Part shown: positions 18,759-27,756 of the stretch, in pieces | How the letters are laid out: each line of letters opens with the position of its first letter | How positions within the stretch are numbered: the first letter of the stretch is position 1 | Assembly: GCA_937922045.1 (NCBI GenBank) | Contig: CAKZXA010000010.1 | Location: 35,325 to 99,324, forward strand | Length of the DNA stretch: 64,000 bases | Direction of reading: 5' to 3' | From: an uncultured Acidimicrobiales bacterium | GTDB taxonomy: Bacteria; Actinomycetota; Acidimicrobiia; Acidimicrobiales; SZUA-35 | Notes under the pieces: generated by a model | The model's database searches: none | Told to the model about the DNA's origin: nothing | The model's input: only the letters and a program-made list of their open reading frames with translations | Translations under genes and position numbers: made by a program

Positions 18759-21635
18759 ATGATTCGCTCGTCTCGCGCCCTTCTTGTCGCCATCGTGGTT
18801 TTGGTCGGCACCGCGTGGGCTCCCGGTGCAGGCGCCGAGGCCTCCAAGAGGGTCAACCTTGCCGTGGCGCCTGGTGATCTCGTCGCTGAACAAGCTCTCC
18901 GAAGTTGGCAGGTTATCGATCTTCAGCCAGCCGAGGAATCGACCCTGCCTGATTGGGATGTACTGGTATGGGATTTCGCTGAGATCAATGGGGTTATGTA
19001 TGTTGGCGGCCGGTTTCAAACCGTCCGCAAATATTCAGGGGCGACCGAGCACGATCAGGCCTTTCTCGCCGCCTTTGACGTAAACACCGGCGAATGGGTT
19101 TCCACCTTTCGTCCCCAGCTCGATGACGGCGTGTATGCCCTTGCCGCCAGTCCCGACGGCTCGCGCCTGCTCGTCGGCGGTGAGTTCTCCAACGTCAATG
19201 GCCAGCCACTGACCTCGGGGTTCGTTGCTCTCGACCCCTTCACCGGCGAGCCCGACCCGTCGTGGAAGGCATCGGTCACCGAGGAGCTAGAAGATGTATC
19301 GGTGCACGAGATTGTGGTCGACCCCGTCGGTGATCATGTCTACATCGCCGGAAACTTTAGCCACGTTGAAAGCTCGGTGGCGAATAGCCGGACGAGACGC
19401 TACAACATCGCTCGACTTAACGGCTCGACCGGAGCGCTAGACCGCGACTGGAACCTGACGGCTGGCGGCGGCAGGGTATTGGCCATGGCGCTTAGTCCCG
19501 ACGGTGCTGAACTCTATGTCGGCGGCTTCTTCACCGCATTGGGCCAGACCGAGAACACCAAGTGGGCGGCGATGGCCAGAACGGTCGACGCTTCGGTGAC
19601 CCCACTTGCGACCCCGTTGCCAGCCAACCTGAAGTCCTTCGTCTTCGACATTGTTGCCACCGAAACGAGAGTCTTTTTCGCCACCGAACGGCACCGACTC
19701 TGGGTGTATGACCGCGGTGATCGCTCCTCGATAGCGACCTACTGGACCCATGGGCACGGTGGCGATCCTCAGGCCCTGCTCGATGACGGAAATGTCGTGT
19801 GGATGGGCGGGCATCATCACGGCTACGTGATCGACTTGGAAGGCGACGGCACCCGCTACCAGACCCAATGGTTGTCGGCCGTCGACCGTGAAAACGGGCG
19901 TCCGTTGACCGGCTGGACGGCACGGCTTGGCATGAAAGATGGGATCTTCGCCCTAGCCCGAGACTCCAAAGGCCAGCTTTGGGTCGGCGGAGATCCGACC
20001 TCATCGGGCACCGTCCCGGTGCGAGGCTTCGCTGTCTTTCCCCCGCGCGCCGATGAGAACGAGGTGAATGTGGCCCGAGGCCGGATCGCCCGTCAGTCAT
20101 CGGTTGGCGACGCCGGTATCGCTGATGGCGGCAAGGGGGAACCGGAGAAGCGTTGTGATGATGAGGTGAATGACCTCGTTGGTCCGGCGGCCCAGGCGGT
20201 CGACGGCAAGATCGGTGGCGGGGTCTACGAATGCTCGTACTCTGCCACCGCTCTCGAGGCTTCTCCCTGGTGGCAGATCGATCTTGGATCGGAGCGAGAG
20301 GTCGACGCGGTGCGGATCTGGAATCTCCATGGAACAGATCGCTCCGCCGATCTGGCCGATGTGCGACTTGCCGTGTCCAACGACTTCGGCGCTATCGACT
20401 CGACCGACCTCGCCGCTCTCGAAGCCGACCCAGCGGTCGATGTCCAAACCATCGACGGTGAGATCGGGTGGGTCCACGAGGTACCGGTTGGTGTCCGCGG
20501 GCGGTATGTCCGAATCTTCATGAACCCGGATGAGCCAACCCAGCTGCGATTGGCCGAGGTAGAAGTTCTCGATCTTCCCGGGATAACGCCTCAACGCGAA
20601 CAGGACGACTCGATGCTGATCGAGGAAGCCAGCACGTGGTTCTACACCGACACCGCCGAGGCTCCGCCCCAGGACTGGGCAAGCCGAACATTCGACGCGG
20701 GGGCCTGGACAGCCGGTGTCGCTCCGCTGGGATTCGGCGACGACGACCTGGCGACCCTTACCAACTCGGGGATTCCAACAACGTATTTCCGCCACAATTT
20801 CGATCTCGCCGATCCAGCTGCGGTAAAGGGACTCAGTCTCGACTTGATGGCCGACGATGGTGCCATCGTCTTTATGAACGGTGTTGAGGTCTTCCGGCTC
20901 CGTATGCCAGCGGGTCCGGTCGATCACGCCGCCGGGTCGGCCGAAACGGTCTGGGGCGCAGCCGAGCGGGCGTGGACGACCGTCGCTCTCCCGGTCGACG
21001 ACCTGGTAGCCGGTCTCAATACTCTCGCGGTCGAGGTTCACAACAACTGGTATGGCGGCGGGGACCTTCGGTTCGACGCGGCGCTCAACCGGGTTGGTGA
21101 CGAGGTGGAGCCGCCTCTCGTCGATCAGTTGCTGATTCCCGAGGACGCCGAATGGCGCTACCTCGATACGGGGGTCTATCCCGGTGACCAGTGGACGGCT
21201 CTCCCGTTTGATGATGCCAGCTGGGGTTTGGGCCGCGGCCAGTTCGGGTATGGCGATGGTGACGAAGTCACCGTGGTCGAGGAAGGCCCGGTTCCCGACC
21301 GACACATAACCCATTGGTTCCGGACACGCTTTGACCTCACCGACCCCGAGGACATCGCTTCACTCGACGTAAGCCTGCTTCGCGACGATGGAGCTGTCGT
21401 CTACGTCAACGGGGTCGAGATCGTTCGATCGAATATGCCTGATGGCGTCATCGACGACAACACACCGGCCTCGACCTACGCCTGGGGGATTGGCGAATCG
21501 GTCTATCATCGCTCAGCGGCACGAGCCTCAGTGCTCGTCGAGGGCACCAACGTGGTGGCGGTAGAGGTGCACTCTGCCGACAGTGGCAGCAGCGATCTCA
21601 GCTTCGGTCTCAAACTTGTAGGAGTAGCCCCGTGA
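18759..21635 (+). CDS. Large secreted protein: beta-propeller + F5/8C/fucolectin-like domain + two repeated beta-sandwich domains
   Basis: Signal peptide; repeated YVGGxF strands; NVARG..ARQSS...AVDG...PWWQIDLG...LAEVEV; two W.Y...GxG...DDGA.V..NG.E...AVEVH...DL.F repeats. Confidence 0.75.
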   Translation: MIRSSRALLVAIVVLVGTAWAPGAGAEASKRVNLAVAPGDLVAEQALRSWQVIDLQPAEESTLPDWDVLVWDFAEINGVMYVGGRFQTVRKYSGATEHDQAFLAAFDVNTGEWVSTFRPQLDDGVYALAASPDGSRLLVGGEFSNVNGQPLTSGFVALDPFTGEPDPSWKASVTEELEDVSVHEIVVDPVGDHVYIAGNFSHVESSVANSRTRRYNIARLNGSTGALDRDWNLTAGGGRVLAMALSPDGAELYVGGFFTALGQTENTKWAAMARTVDASVTPLATPLPANLKSFVFDIVATETRVFFATERHRLWVYDRGDRSSIATYWTHGHGGDPQALLDDGNVVWMGGHHHGYVIDLEGDGTRYQTQWLSAVDRENGRPLTGWTARLGMKDGIFALARDSKGQLWVGGDPTSSGTVPVRGFAVFPPRADENEVNVARGRIARQSSVGDAGIADGGKGEPEKRCDDEVNDLVGPAAQAVDGKIGGGVYECSYSATALEASPWWQIDLGSEREVDAVRIWNLHGTDRSADLADVRLAVSNDFGAIDSTDLAALEADPAVDVQTIDGEIGWVHEVPVGVRGRYVRIFMNPDEPTQLRLAEVEVLDLPGITPQREQDDSMLIEEASTWFYTDTAEAPPQDWASRTFDAGAWTAGVAPLGFGDDDLATLTNSGIPTTYFRHNFDLADPAAVKGLSLDLMADDGAIVFMNGVEVFRLRMPAGPVDHAAGSAETVWGAAERAWTTVALPVDDLVAGLNTLAVEVHNNWYGGGDLRFDAALNRVGDEVEPPLVDQLLIPEDAEWRYLDTGVYPGDQWTALPFDDASWGLGRGQFGYGDGDEVTVVEEGPVPDRHITHWFRTRFDLTDPEDIASLDVSLLRDDGAVVYVNGVEIVRSNMPDGVIDDNTPASTYAWGIGESVYHRSAARASVLVEGTNVVAVEVHSADSGSSDLSFGLKLVGVAP

Positions 21636-22225
21636 GATCATCGAGAGCAGTCCTCTTCCTCATCGTGCTAGCGGTCACAATCGCTGGTTGCACGCAGGCC
21701 GCCGACAACGCGGATGGAAGTGCAGCCGAGCAGGTCGGCGACGAGATACCGCTTCAGTCTGAGGCGACCGCATCGTCGCTCCCGGAATCGACCCCGACCG
21801 ACGGCGGGTCGCCGGTTGAGGCAGGCGATCCCGGACAACTGATCACCGAGCCAGTAGATGTGATGACGGCCGAGCTTGGCTTCTCGGAAGAATCGGCCGC
21901 GGCGCCGGAGACCGATGAGCGGGGACTCATCGACGACGGCGAGCCGGAGGCTGTCGAGGTCGAGGCTGATCAGATCAACCTCGATGTCCAGGAGTCAGTG
22001 CTTTGCGCCACCGTTGAATTCTCCCTCGATGCCTATCGCGATGGGATGGAGAACGCCGACAACGAACAGCTCGCCATGCTTGCGACCTACAAGGTGTCTC
22101 GTGTCACCGACGCTCTCGGACTGGCCGTTGGTCAGGCTGTCGCTGAGTCGGACCCTTCGGGTGATCCTGGGCCTGGTCTCGCTGAGGCGATGGCCGCCTG
22201 CGAGTCGAACGGCTACGAGCGCTAG
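21632..22225 (+). CDS. Acidic lipoprotein, hypothetical
   Basis: Lipobox IAGC after hydrophobic stretch; GTGA-coupled to the upstream gene. Confidence 0.7.
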   Translation: MRSSRAVLFLIVLAVTIAGCTQAADNADGSAAEQVGDEIPLQSEATASSLPESTPTDGGSPVEAGDPGQLITEPVDVMTAELGFSEESAAAPETDERGLIDDGEPEAVEVEADQINLDVQESVLCATVEFSLDAYRDGMENADNEQLAMLATYKVSRVTDALGLAVGQAVAESDPSGDPGPGLAEAMAACESNGYER

Positions 22226-22232
22226 GTTCTCG

Positions 22233-23342
22233 TCAGCCGGCCTCTGCAGCCAGAAGCCTCGTCTTGCGGTCGGCGCCCCAGCGATAGCCGCCAGGCTTTC
22301 CATCGGCACGTATGACGCGATGACAGGGCACGATGAGGGCGACCTTGTTGGCCGCACAGGCATTGGCCACCGCTCGGTGAGCGCTTGGTCGGCCTAACGA
22401 TCGCGCTATGTCGCCGTAGGACGCGACGTCGCCGGTTGGAAGAGAACGCAGCGCCTCCCAAACCGCAACCTGAAAAGCCGTGCCCTGCACGTCGAGCGGC
22501 AGATCGACAGCCGCAGAGGGCCTACCCGCTGCTAGCTCCACCACGAGTGAAACCAGTTCGGCCAGGCCGTCGGGGTCCTCGATCACCTCGGCCTGCGGGT
22601 GCTCATCGATCAGGGCGGACCGCATGGATTCAACCTCGTCTTCGTGGCCTAGCCGAACCGAGCAAACGCCGCGTGCTGTGGCTGCCACCTGGACCACGCC
22701 AAGGGCACAAGGTGCGATGGCGTAGCCGATAGTGGTAGCCGACGCCCCGTCTCGCAAGACACCAGGTGTCATGCCAAGACGAGAAGCACCGTGTTCATAG
22801 AAGGCTCGCAGAGAACCAAAACCAGCATCGAAGGCGGCATTGGTTACCTCGCTTCCGGCCACTAGGGAACGCCGGGCCCGGTCGGCTCGTACAGACCGGC
22901 CGTAGGCGGCTGGCGTAACGCCTGTGACCGACTTGAAGGTACGGCTCAAGTGGCGGGCCGACCAACCGACGTCACCCGCCAATGCAGCGACCGTCGGTGC
23001 CTCGCCGTGACACTCGAGCCGGCGGCAGATGTCGGCGATGGTGGCGACCGATGGATCAGCGGTGGTGGCTTCGGTCGGTCGACAGCGCTTACAGGCCCGA
23101 TAGCCAGCTGCCTTGGCTTCGTCGCAGGCACCAAAGAACTCGATGTTGCTGCGCAGAGGCGTACGGGCTGGGCAGCCCGGTCGGCAGAAGACCCCGGTGG
23201 TACGCACGCCGTAGATGAAGAGGCTGATGGCAGCCGAATCTCGCCTTTCGATGACGGCCCACCGCGCATCATCGAGTTCGGTTTCGACGGCCGTATCGGC
23301 TTCGGCTGTGCCAGTGCTCATGATGTCGTTGCCAGTGCTCAT
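22233..23342 (-). CDS. ada: Bifunctional Ada transcriptional activator / O6-methylguanine-DNA methyltransferase
   Basis: GVFCRPGC and CKRC Zn site, AraC HTH, PCHRV active site. Confidence 0.93.
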   Translation of the reverse strand: MSTGNDIMSTGTAEADTAVETELDDARWAVIERRDSAAISLFIYGVRTTGVFCRPGCPARTPLRSNIEFFGACDEAKAAGYRACKRCRPTEATTADPSVATIADICRRLECHGEAPTVAALAGDVGWSARHLSRTFKSVTGVTPAAYGRSVRADRARRSLVAGSEVTNAAFDAGFGSLRAFYEHGASRLGMTPGVLRDGASATTIGYAIAPCALGVVQVAATARGVCSVRLGHEDEVESMRSALIDEHPQAEVIEDPDGLAELVSLVVELAAGRPSAAVDLPLDVQGTAFQVAVWEALRSLPTGDVASYGDIARSLGRPSAHRAVANACAANKVALIVPCHRVIRADGKPGGYRWGADRKTRLLAAEAG

Positions 23343-23348
23343 GATGTC
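23310..23348 (-). repeat. 21-nt in-frame duplication of the MFS/ada ATGA junction
   Basis: Minus strand gacatcATGAgcactggcaacgacatcATGAgcactggc giving MSTGNDI-MSTG. Confidence 0.85.
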
Positions 23349-24550
23349 AAGGTATGTGACGGGCGGCCGAGGCGCTTCCCGAAGAGAGACATCAAACCCA
23401 GAATTGGCCCAGGCAGGAGCAGCCAGAAGAGATAGCGGGGGTCGAGGTGGTCGGCGGCCAGATCAACCAACTGAATACTGACGACAGTGATGGCGAAGCC
23501 GATCGAGGTCACGATGGTGAGAGCGGTACCGACGTAGGCGGGTGGTGCAAAGCGAGCGTTGAGCGCTGAGTACTGAGGAGAGTCGCCAACGACCGTGATT
23601 CCCCAGATCACAAGGATGGTGAGGAGGGTGGTGCGACCCCACCCAAAGAGCCAGGGCGAGATCGCGCAGCACAGACCTGAGACCGCAAGCTGGCCTCCGG
23701 CCACAGCGCGGCTGCCGAACCGGTCCGACAGCACGCCGCCGACGGCGCAGCCGACAGCGCCAGCAACGATCACGATGAACGACCAGGCCGACACATCGAC
23801 CAGAACGTCACCGACCGCCCCCGACAAGCCATGAATCTCATTGAAGCGGCCCAGCCACCAGGGGAGGAACGCCCAGAAGGCGTAGAGCTCCCACATATGA
23901 CCGAAGTAGCCGAAGGCTGAAGACCGGAACTCGACCGAGCGAAAGATCTGAGGCACCGCTGACCACTCGAACGACGAGCCCGTCGAGAGGAAGGGACCGT
24001 CGGGCACCGCCACGAGCATGGCGATGCCTCCGGCCGCAGCGAGCAAGGACACGCTGATGAGCACCCACCGCCAATCGAGGTCGGTGCCGCTGGCTCGAAG
24101 CAGATGGGGAAAGGCGGTGCCAGCCACCAGGGCGCCGACGAGATAGCCGAGGGCGCGGCCCAAGCCGCCATCGTGCCAGCCCGCCGCGATCGTCATGCCG
24201 ACGGGGTACACGCCAGCCAGGAAAAATCCGGTGGCGAATCGAAGAATGAGGAGGGCGAGGAGGCTGTGAGGGCTGAAAACAACCGCCAAGGTAGAGACTG
24301 CCGCCGACACCACCGCGGTGAAGAAGATGACCCTTGGCGAGAACCGGTCGACCAGCACGGCGATAGCCGAGACCAAGGTTCCGATGATGAACCCGATCTG
24401 TACCGAAGAAGTGACGAGGCCGAGCGAGCCTTCGTCGAGTCCCCAATCTTGGGTCAGATCATCGATCACCGCATTTCCGGCAAACCAGAGCGAGGTTGCG
24501 GCGAACTGAGAGAAGATGATGACCGGCACGATCCTGCGAGGACGTTCCAT
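23339..24550 (-). CDS. MFS transporter
   Basis: ~12 TM; SLWF, VQ.GFI.G, LAGVYP.GM, GYFGHMWELYA, DSPQYS; start could be 24586. Confidence 0.9.
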   Translation of the reverse strand: MERPRRIVPVIIFSQFAATSLWFAGNAVIDDLTQDWGLDEGSLGLVTSSVQIGFIIGTLVSAIAVLVDRFSPRVIFFTAVVSAAVSTLAVVFSPHSLLALLILRFATGFFLAGVYPVGMTIAAGWHDGGLGRALGYLVGALVAGTAFPHLLRASGTDLDWRWVLISVSLLAAAGGIAMLVAVPDGPFLSTGSSFEWSAVPQIFRSVEFRSSAFGYFGHMWELYAFWAFLPWWLGRFNEIHGLSGAVGDVLVDVSAWSFIVIVAGAVGCAVGGVLSDRFGSRAVAGGQLAVSGLCCAISPWLFGWGRTTLLTILVIWGITVVGDSPQYSALNARFAPPAYVGTALTIVTSIGFAITVVSIQLVDLAADHLDPRYLFWLLLPGPILGLMSLFGKRLGRPSHTLTS

Positions 24551-24669
24551 ACCAGTACGAACCCCACGGGTCGACATCTTATTCACCGTTGTCGATTCAC
24601 CGTTCTTGGATCCACCTGTTCCAGGATAGGAGATGGTCGGCCCTGGGGCCGAAGCCCTACGATGGCGCC

Positions 24670-25941
24670 ATGTCGTTTCGTATCCGCCCCGACGGCCGCC
24701 CCGATGCCGGATGGCGTGTCGACACCGACCGCTTCGAGCGGTTCAGCCAGGTCGATGATGTGTTCAACCGGTCGTGGTGGGACGAGACGGTTCGATCGCC
24801 GGAGACCGAGAGGTTCTTTCAGAGTTATCGTCGCCCACTGGAAACGTGGCGCAAGGCTCGTGGATTTCGCCGGAAGGATTACGCCCTGCGCAATGCCTCA
24901 TGGCACGGCGCCGATATTTTCGCTGAGTTGAAAGAAGCCGAAGGACGTCGCGATGGGTTCCTCGATCCACTGTCGGCGTTGCGCGAGGCCTCCGACGAGA
25001 AGGAAGACGTCGGGTCTCCGGAAGACGCAGCAGCCGAAATCAAACAGGTGGCCTTGACCTTCGGCGCTGACCTGGTGGGAGTGGCCGAATCCGACCGGCG
25101 GTGGGTCTACACCGAACGCTATTCGCTCCAGCAGGGTAAGGGAAAGCCAAACCCGCTCGACGAGTCGCTCGATCGGGTTATCGTTCTCGGCCAGGCAATG
25201 GATGCCTCCATGATCGCCACCGCTCCTTCGGCGCTGGCTGGCGCTGCCACCGGTCTCGGCTATTCCCAAGACGCGATCGTCTTGCTGGCCTTGTCGCAGT
25301 ACATCCGAAATCTCGGCTACCAGGCGGTGCCGACTCTCAACGACACCGCTCTGGCCATTCCCTATGCCATCAAGGCTGGCCTCGGTGAGTATGGGCGCCA
25401 CGGGCTCGTGATTACCCCCGAACATGGGTCCAACGTGCGGTTCGGCAAGATCTTTACCGACCTTCCCCTTGCGCTCGACCAACCCATCCGGTTCGGTGTT
25501 GAAGAGATGTGCAACCTCTGTCGGGCTTGCAGCACCGCATGTCCCGCTTCGGCCATTCCTGCTAGCGAGCCTTCCGCGGAGATCCACAACCGGTCGAACA
25601 TCGTTGGCATCGAGAAGTGGAGCGTCGACGGCGAGGCCTGCTTCGACTACTGGGCCAAGATCAACAGTGACTGCTCGGTGTGCATTCGGGTCTGTCCGTA
25701 CACCCGTGATTTCTCCCAACGACGCAACAAGGTGTGGGCCCGGCTCGCCGATTCACGCCTTCGTCGACTCGCTCTGTGGCTCGATCGCCGATCGGGTCGA
25801 GGGGGCCGGGTCAGCCCGATCGATTGGTGGCCGTCTTCTTCGGAGGCTTCGTCGTCGGGGAAGTCGACGCCTGTGCAGGTTTCGCTGCGGTCTTCCCCTC
25901 CCGATTCTTCGCCTTCTTCTTCGACGCCTTCGGCGTTGTAG
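24670..25941 (+). CDS. Reductive dehalogenase-like cobalamin/2x[4Fe-4S] protein (no TAT signal)
   Basis: FGADLVGV; AIKAGLGEYGRHGLVITPEHG..VRFGKIFTDLPL; CNLCRACSTACP and C-x10-CSVCIRVCPY. Confidence 0.85.
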   Translation: MSFRIRPDGRPDAGWRVDTDRFERFSQVDDVFNRSWWDETVRSPETERFFQSYRRPLETWRKARGFRRKDYALRNASWHGADIFAELKEAEGRRDGFLDPLSALREASDEKEDVGSPEDAAAEIKQVALTFGADLVGVAESDRRWVYTERYSLQQGKGKPNPLDESLDRVIVLGQAMDASMIATAPSALAGAATGLGYSQDAIVLLALSQYIRNLGYQAVPTLNDTALAIPYAIKAGLGEYGRHGLVITPEHGSNVRFGKIFTDLPLALDQPIRFGVEEMCNLCRACSTACPASAIPASEPSAEIHNRSNIVGIEKWSVDGEACFDYWAKINSDCSVCIRVCPYTRDFSQRRNKVWARLADSRLRRLALWLDRRSGRGGRVSPIDWWPSSSEASSSGKSTPVQVSLRSSPPDSSPSSSTPSAL

Positions 25942-27547
25942 CCTGCGTCTTCTTCGACGCCTTCACCGCTGGCTTCTTTGCTGATCCCGGCTTGGCTGTG
26001 CGGCGCTTGGTCGTCTTCAACTCTGGGGGCGGTGGCCCGCCAGGTCGTTCGGCAGCAGGCTCGGAGCCTCCGCTTGGCGAAAGGCCAGCGAGTCCCAGCA
26101 GCTCGTTCAGCTCGTCGTGCAAGAGGTTCATAAGATCGTCGAGATCGGGGACCACATTGGCTGCCGCGAGCAGCCCGACATCCAGCCAGTCGACATAGGA
26201 CTGCACGGTGATGTTGAGTCCCTGGCCATCGGTCACGATCGAGATCGGATAAAAGTGCTTCATCCGGGCTCCACCGAAATACAGCGGCGTGCGAGGGCCG
26301 GGAACATTCGAGATGACCACGTTGGCTACTCCCGCTATCCGATCGGCCAGGCGCAGCCGAGACGACAGCAAGGCGGCCTGGTGACTGAGTGCAGGTGGCG
26401 CCACTTGAGCCACATCGATCAAGGTGTCGGCAGGCAAGAGCTCATGCTGTTTCTTCGCAGCCACCATGGTTTCGTGAAGAGCGGCGAGGCGAGCCTTCGG
26501 GTCGGCTTCGTTGGTCGGAATTGGCACAAAGAGACTCGACACCCGGTTGGTCCACGGATCGGCCTCATCACCTGAGCGGATCGACACCGGAATCATCGAG
26601 ACGAGAGGCTCGTCGGGTAGGGCGTCATGGCCAACCAGGTAACGGCGCAGCCCCCCGGTGCAGATGGCCATAACCACATCATTGATCGTGCAGCCGAAGG
26701 CGTTCTTGAGAGCCTTGATATCGGCGAGTGGAAAGGAACGATAGGAGAAGAGACGTTCTGCGGTGATGGTCTGGTTCAGCGGTGTTGCTGGGGCCGCTGC
26801 CGTCGGTAGACCGGGAAGGCGATCCGATGATCGACGAGGAGCAGGAGTAACACCCGGTATCCCCCGACGGATCGCGTCGGCCATGAGGTTCAGCACGGGC
26901 GCCACGATCTCGGCATTGCTCGCCACCTCACGTAGAAGCTTGATCTGAAGCCGGGCGATCTTGCGAGGGGCGCCCACCAGCTGGCGGCCGGTGCGGGCTA
27001 GGAGTTCGGCGTCGGTCGGAATCGGCTCTGATCTGAGCTCGGGAACAGGTTCGGTCGAAATGTCGTGATCGGCTTCGCCGTCCAGCAGCATGATCGTCAT
27101 CTGGGCGCCGACCGCTCCGTCCACGGCCGCGTGGTGAATCTTGGTCAGAACTGCGAACGTTTCGTTGGGTAGGCCCTCGATCACATAGACCTCCCACAGG
27201 GGACGCTTGCGATCGAGCGGGCGTGCCACCAGCCGAGCCACCAGTTCCTGAAGTTGGGCTGGCTCGCCCGGTGGAGGAACCGCTATGTGGCGAACATGAA
27301 AGTTGAGGTCAAAGTCGGGATCGGTGACCCAATAGGGATGGTCAAGACCGAACGGCACCTCCACGAGGCGGCGCCGAAAAGGGGTTGCTCGATCCAGGCG
27401 CCGCAAGATCTGCGCCTTGTAGGCCTGGTACGGATTGAAATCCTCGGCCTCGGGCCGTTCATAGACGATTAGCGAACTTACGTGGCCGAACGTCGTGGCG
27501 GTCTCCATGCTAAGGAAGGCGCTATCGAGACCGGTGAGTTGCAACAC
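25811..27547 (-). CDS. WS/DGAT wax ester/triacylglycerol synthase with basic C-terminal tail
   Basis: LTGLD..FL..E, PLDR.RPLWE, HHAAVDG catalytic motif, ISNVPGP. Confidence 0.93.
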   Translation of the reverse strand: MLQLTGLDSAFLSMETATTFGHVSSLIVYERPEAEDFNPYQAYKAQILRRLDRATPFRRRLVEVPFGLDHPYWVTDPDFDLNFHVRHIAVPPPGEPAQLQELVARLVARPLDRKRPLWEVYVIEGLPNETFAVLTKIHHAAVDGAVGAQMTIMLLDGEADHDISTEPVPELRSEPIPTDAELLARTGRQLVGAPRKIARLQIKLLREVASNAEIVAPVLNLMADAIRRGIPGVTPAPRRSSDRLPGLPTAAAPATPLNQTITAERLFSYRSFPLADIKALKNAFGCTINDVVMAICTGGLRRYLVGHDALPDEPLVSMIPVSIRSGDEADPWTNRVSSLFVPIPTNEADPKARLAALHETMVAAKKQHELLPADTLIDVAQVAPPALSHQAALLSSRLRLADRIAGVANVVISNVPGPRTPLYFGGARMKHFYPISIVTDGQGLNITVQSYVDWLDVGLLAAANVVPDLDDLMNLLHDELNELLGLAGLSPSGGSEPAAERPGGPPPPELKTTKRRTAKPGSAKKPAVKASKKTQATTPKASKKKAKNREGKTAAKPAQASTSPTTKPPKKTATNRSG

Positions 27548-27756
27548 GTTGTGTTCCCCTGACGACCGTTGTTGTGATGGAGCCCACACCGCGTTTCCTC
27601 GCGTGCCCGCTGTGGCCAACCTAGTCGTTGGTTTACTATCGAGCCATTGGCTTCTGTGGTGAATGTTGCCAGGGTTCGTCGCGTGAGCGCTCGCTTTTGT
27701 ACGCTACGGGGTCTGATGGCTATGAGGCGGAACTTCCACTATCACGACGAGCTCAG

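Noticed and set aside
24670-25941. Alternative call as epoxyqueuosine reductase QueG
   Set aside because: Lacks QueG-type YA...DYH and CISY/GCD.CQ motifs; the Cys spacing and GLGE.GR...ITP block fit the Rdh family better. Phylogeny is still needed.
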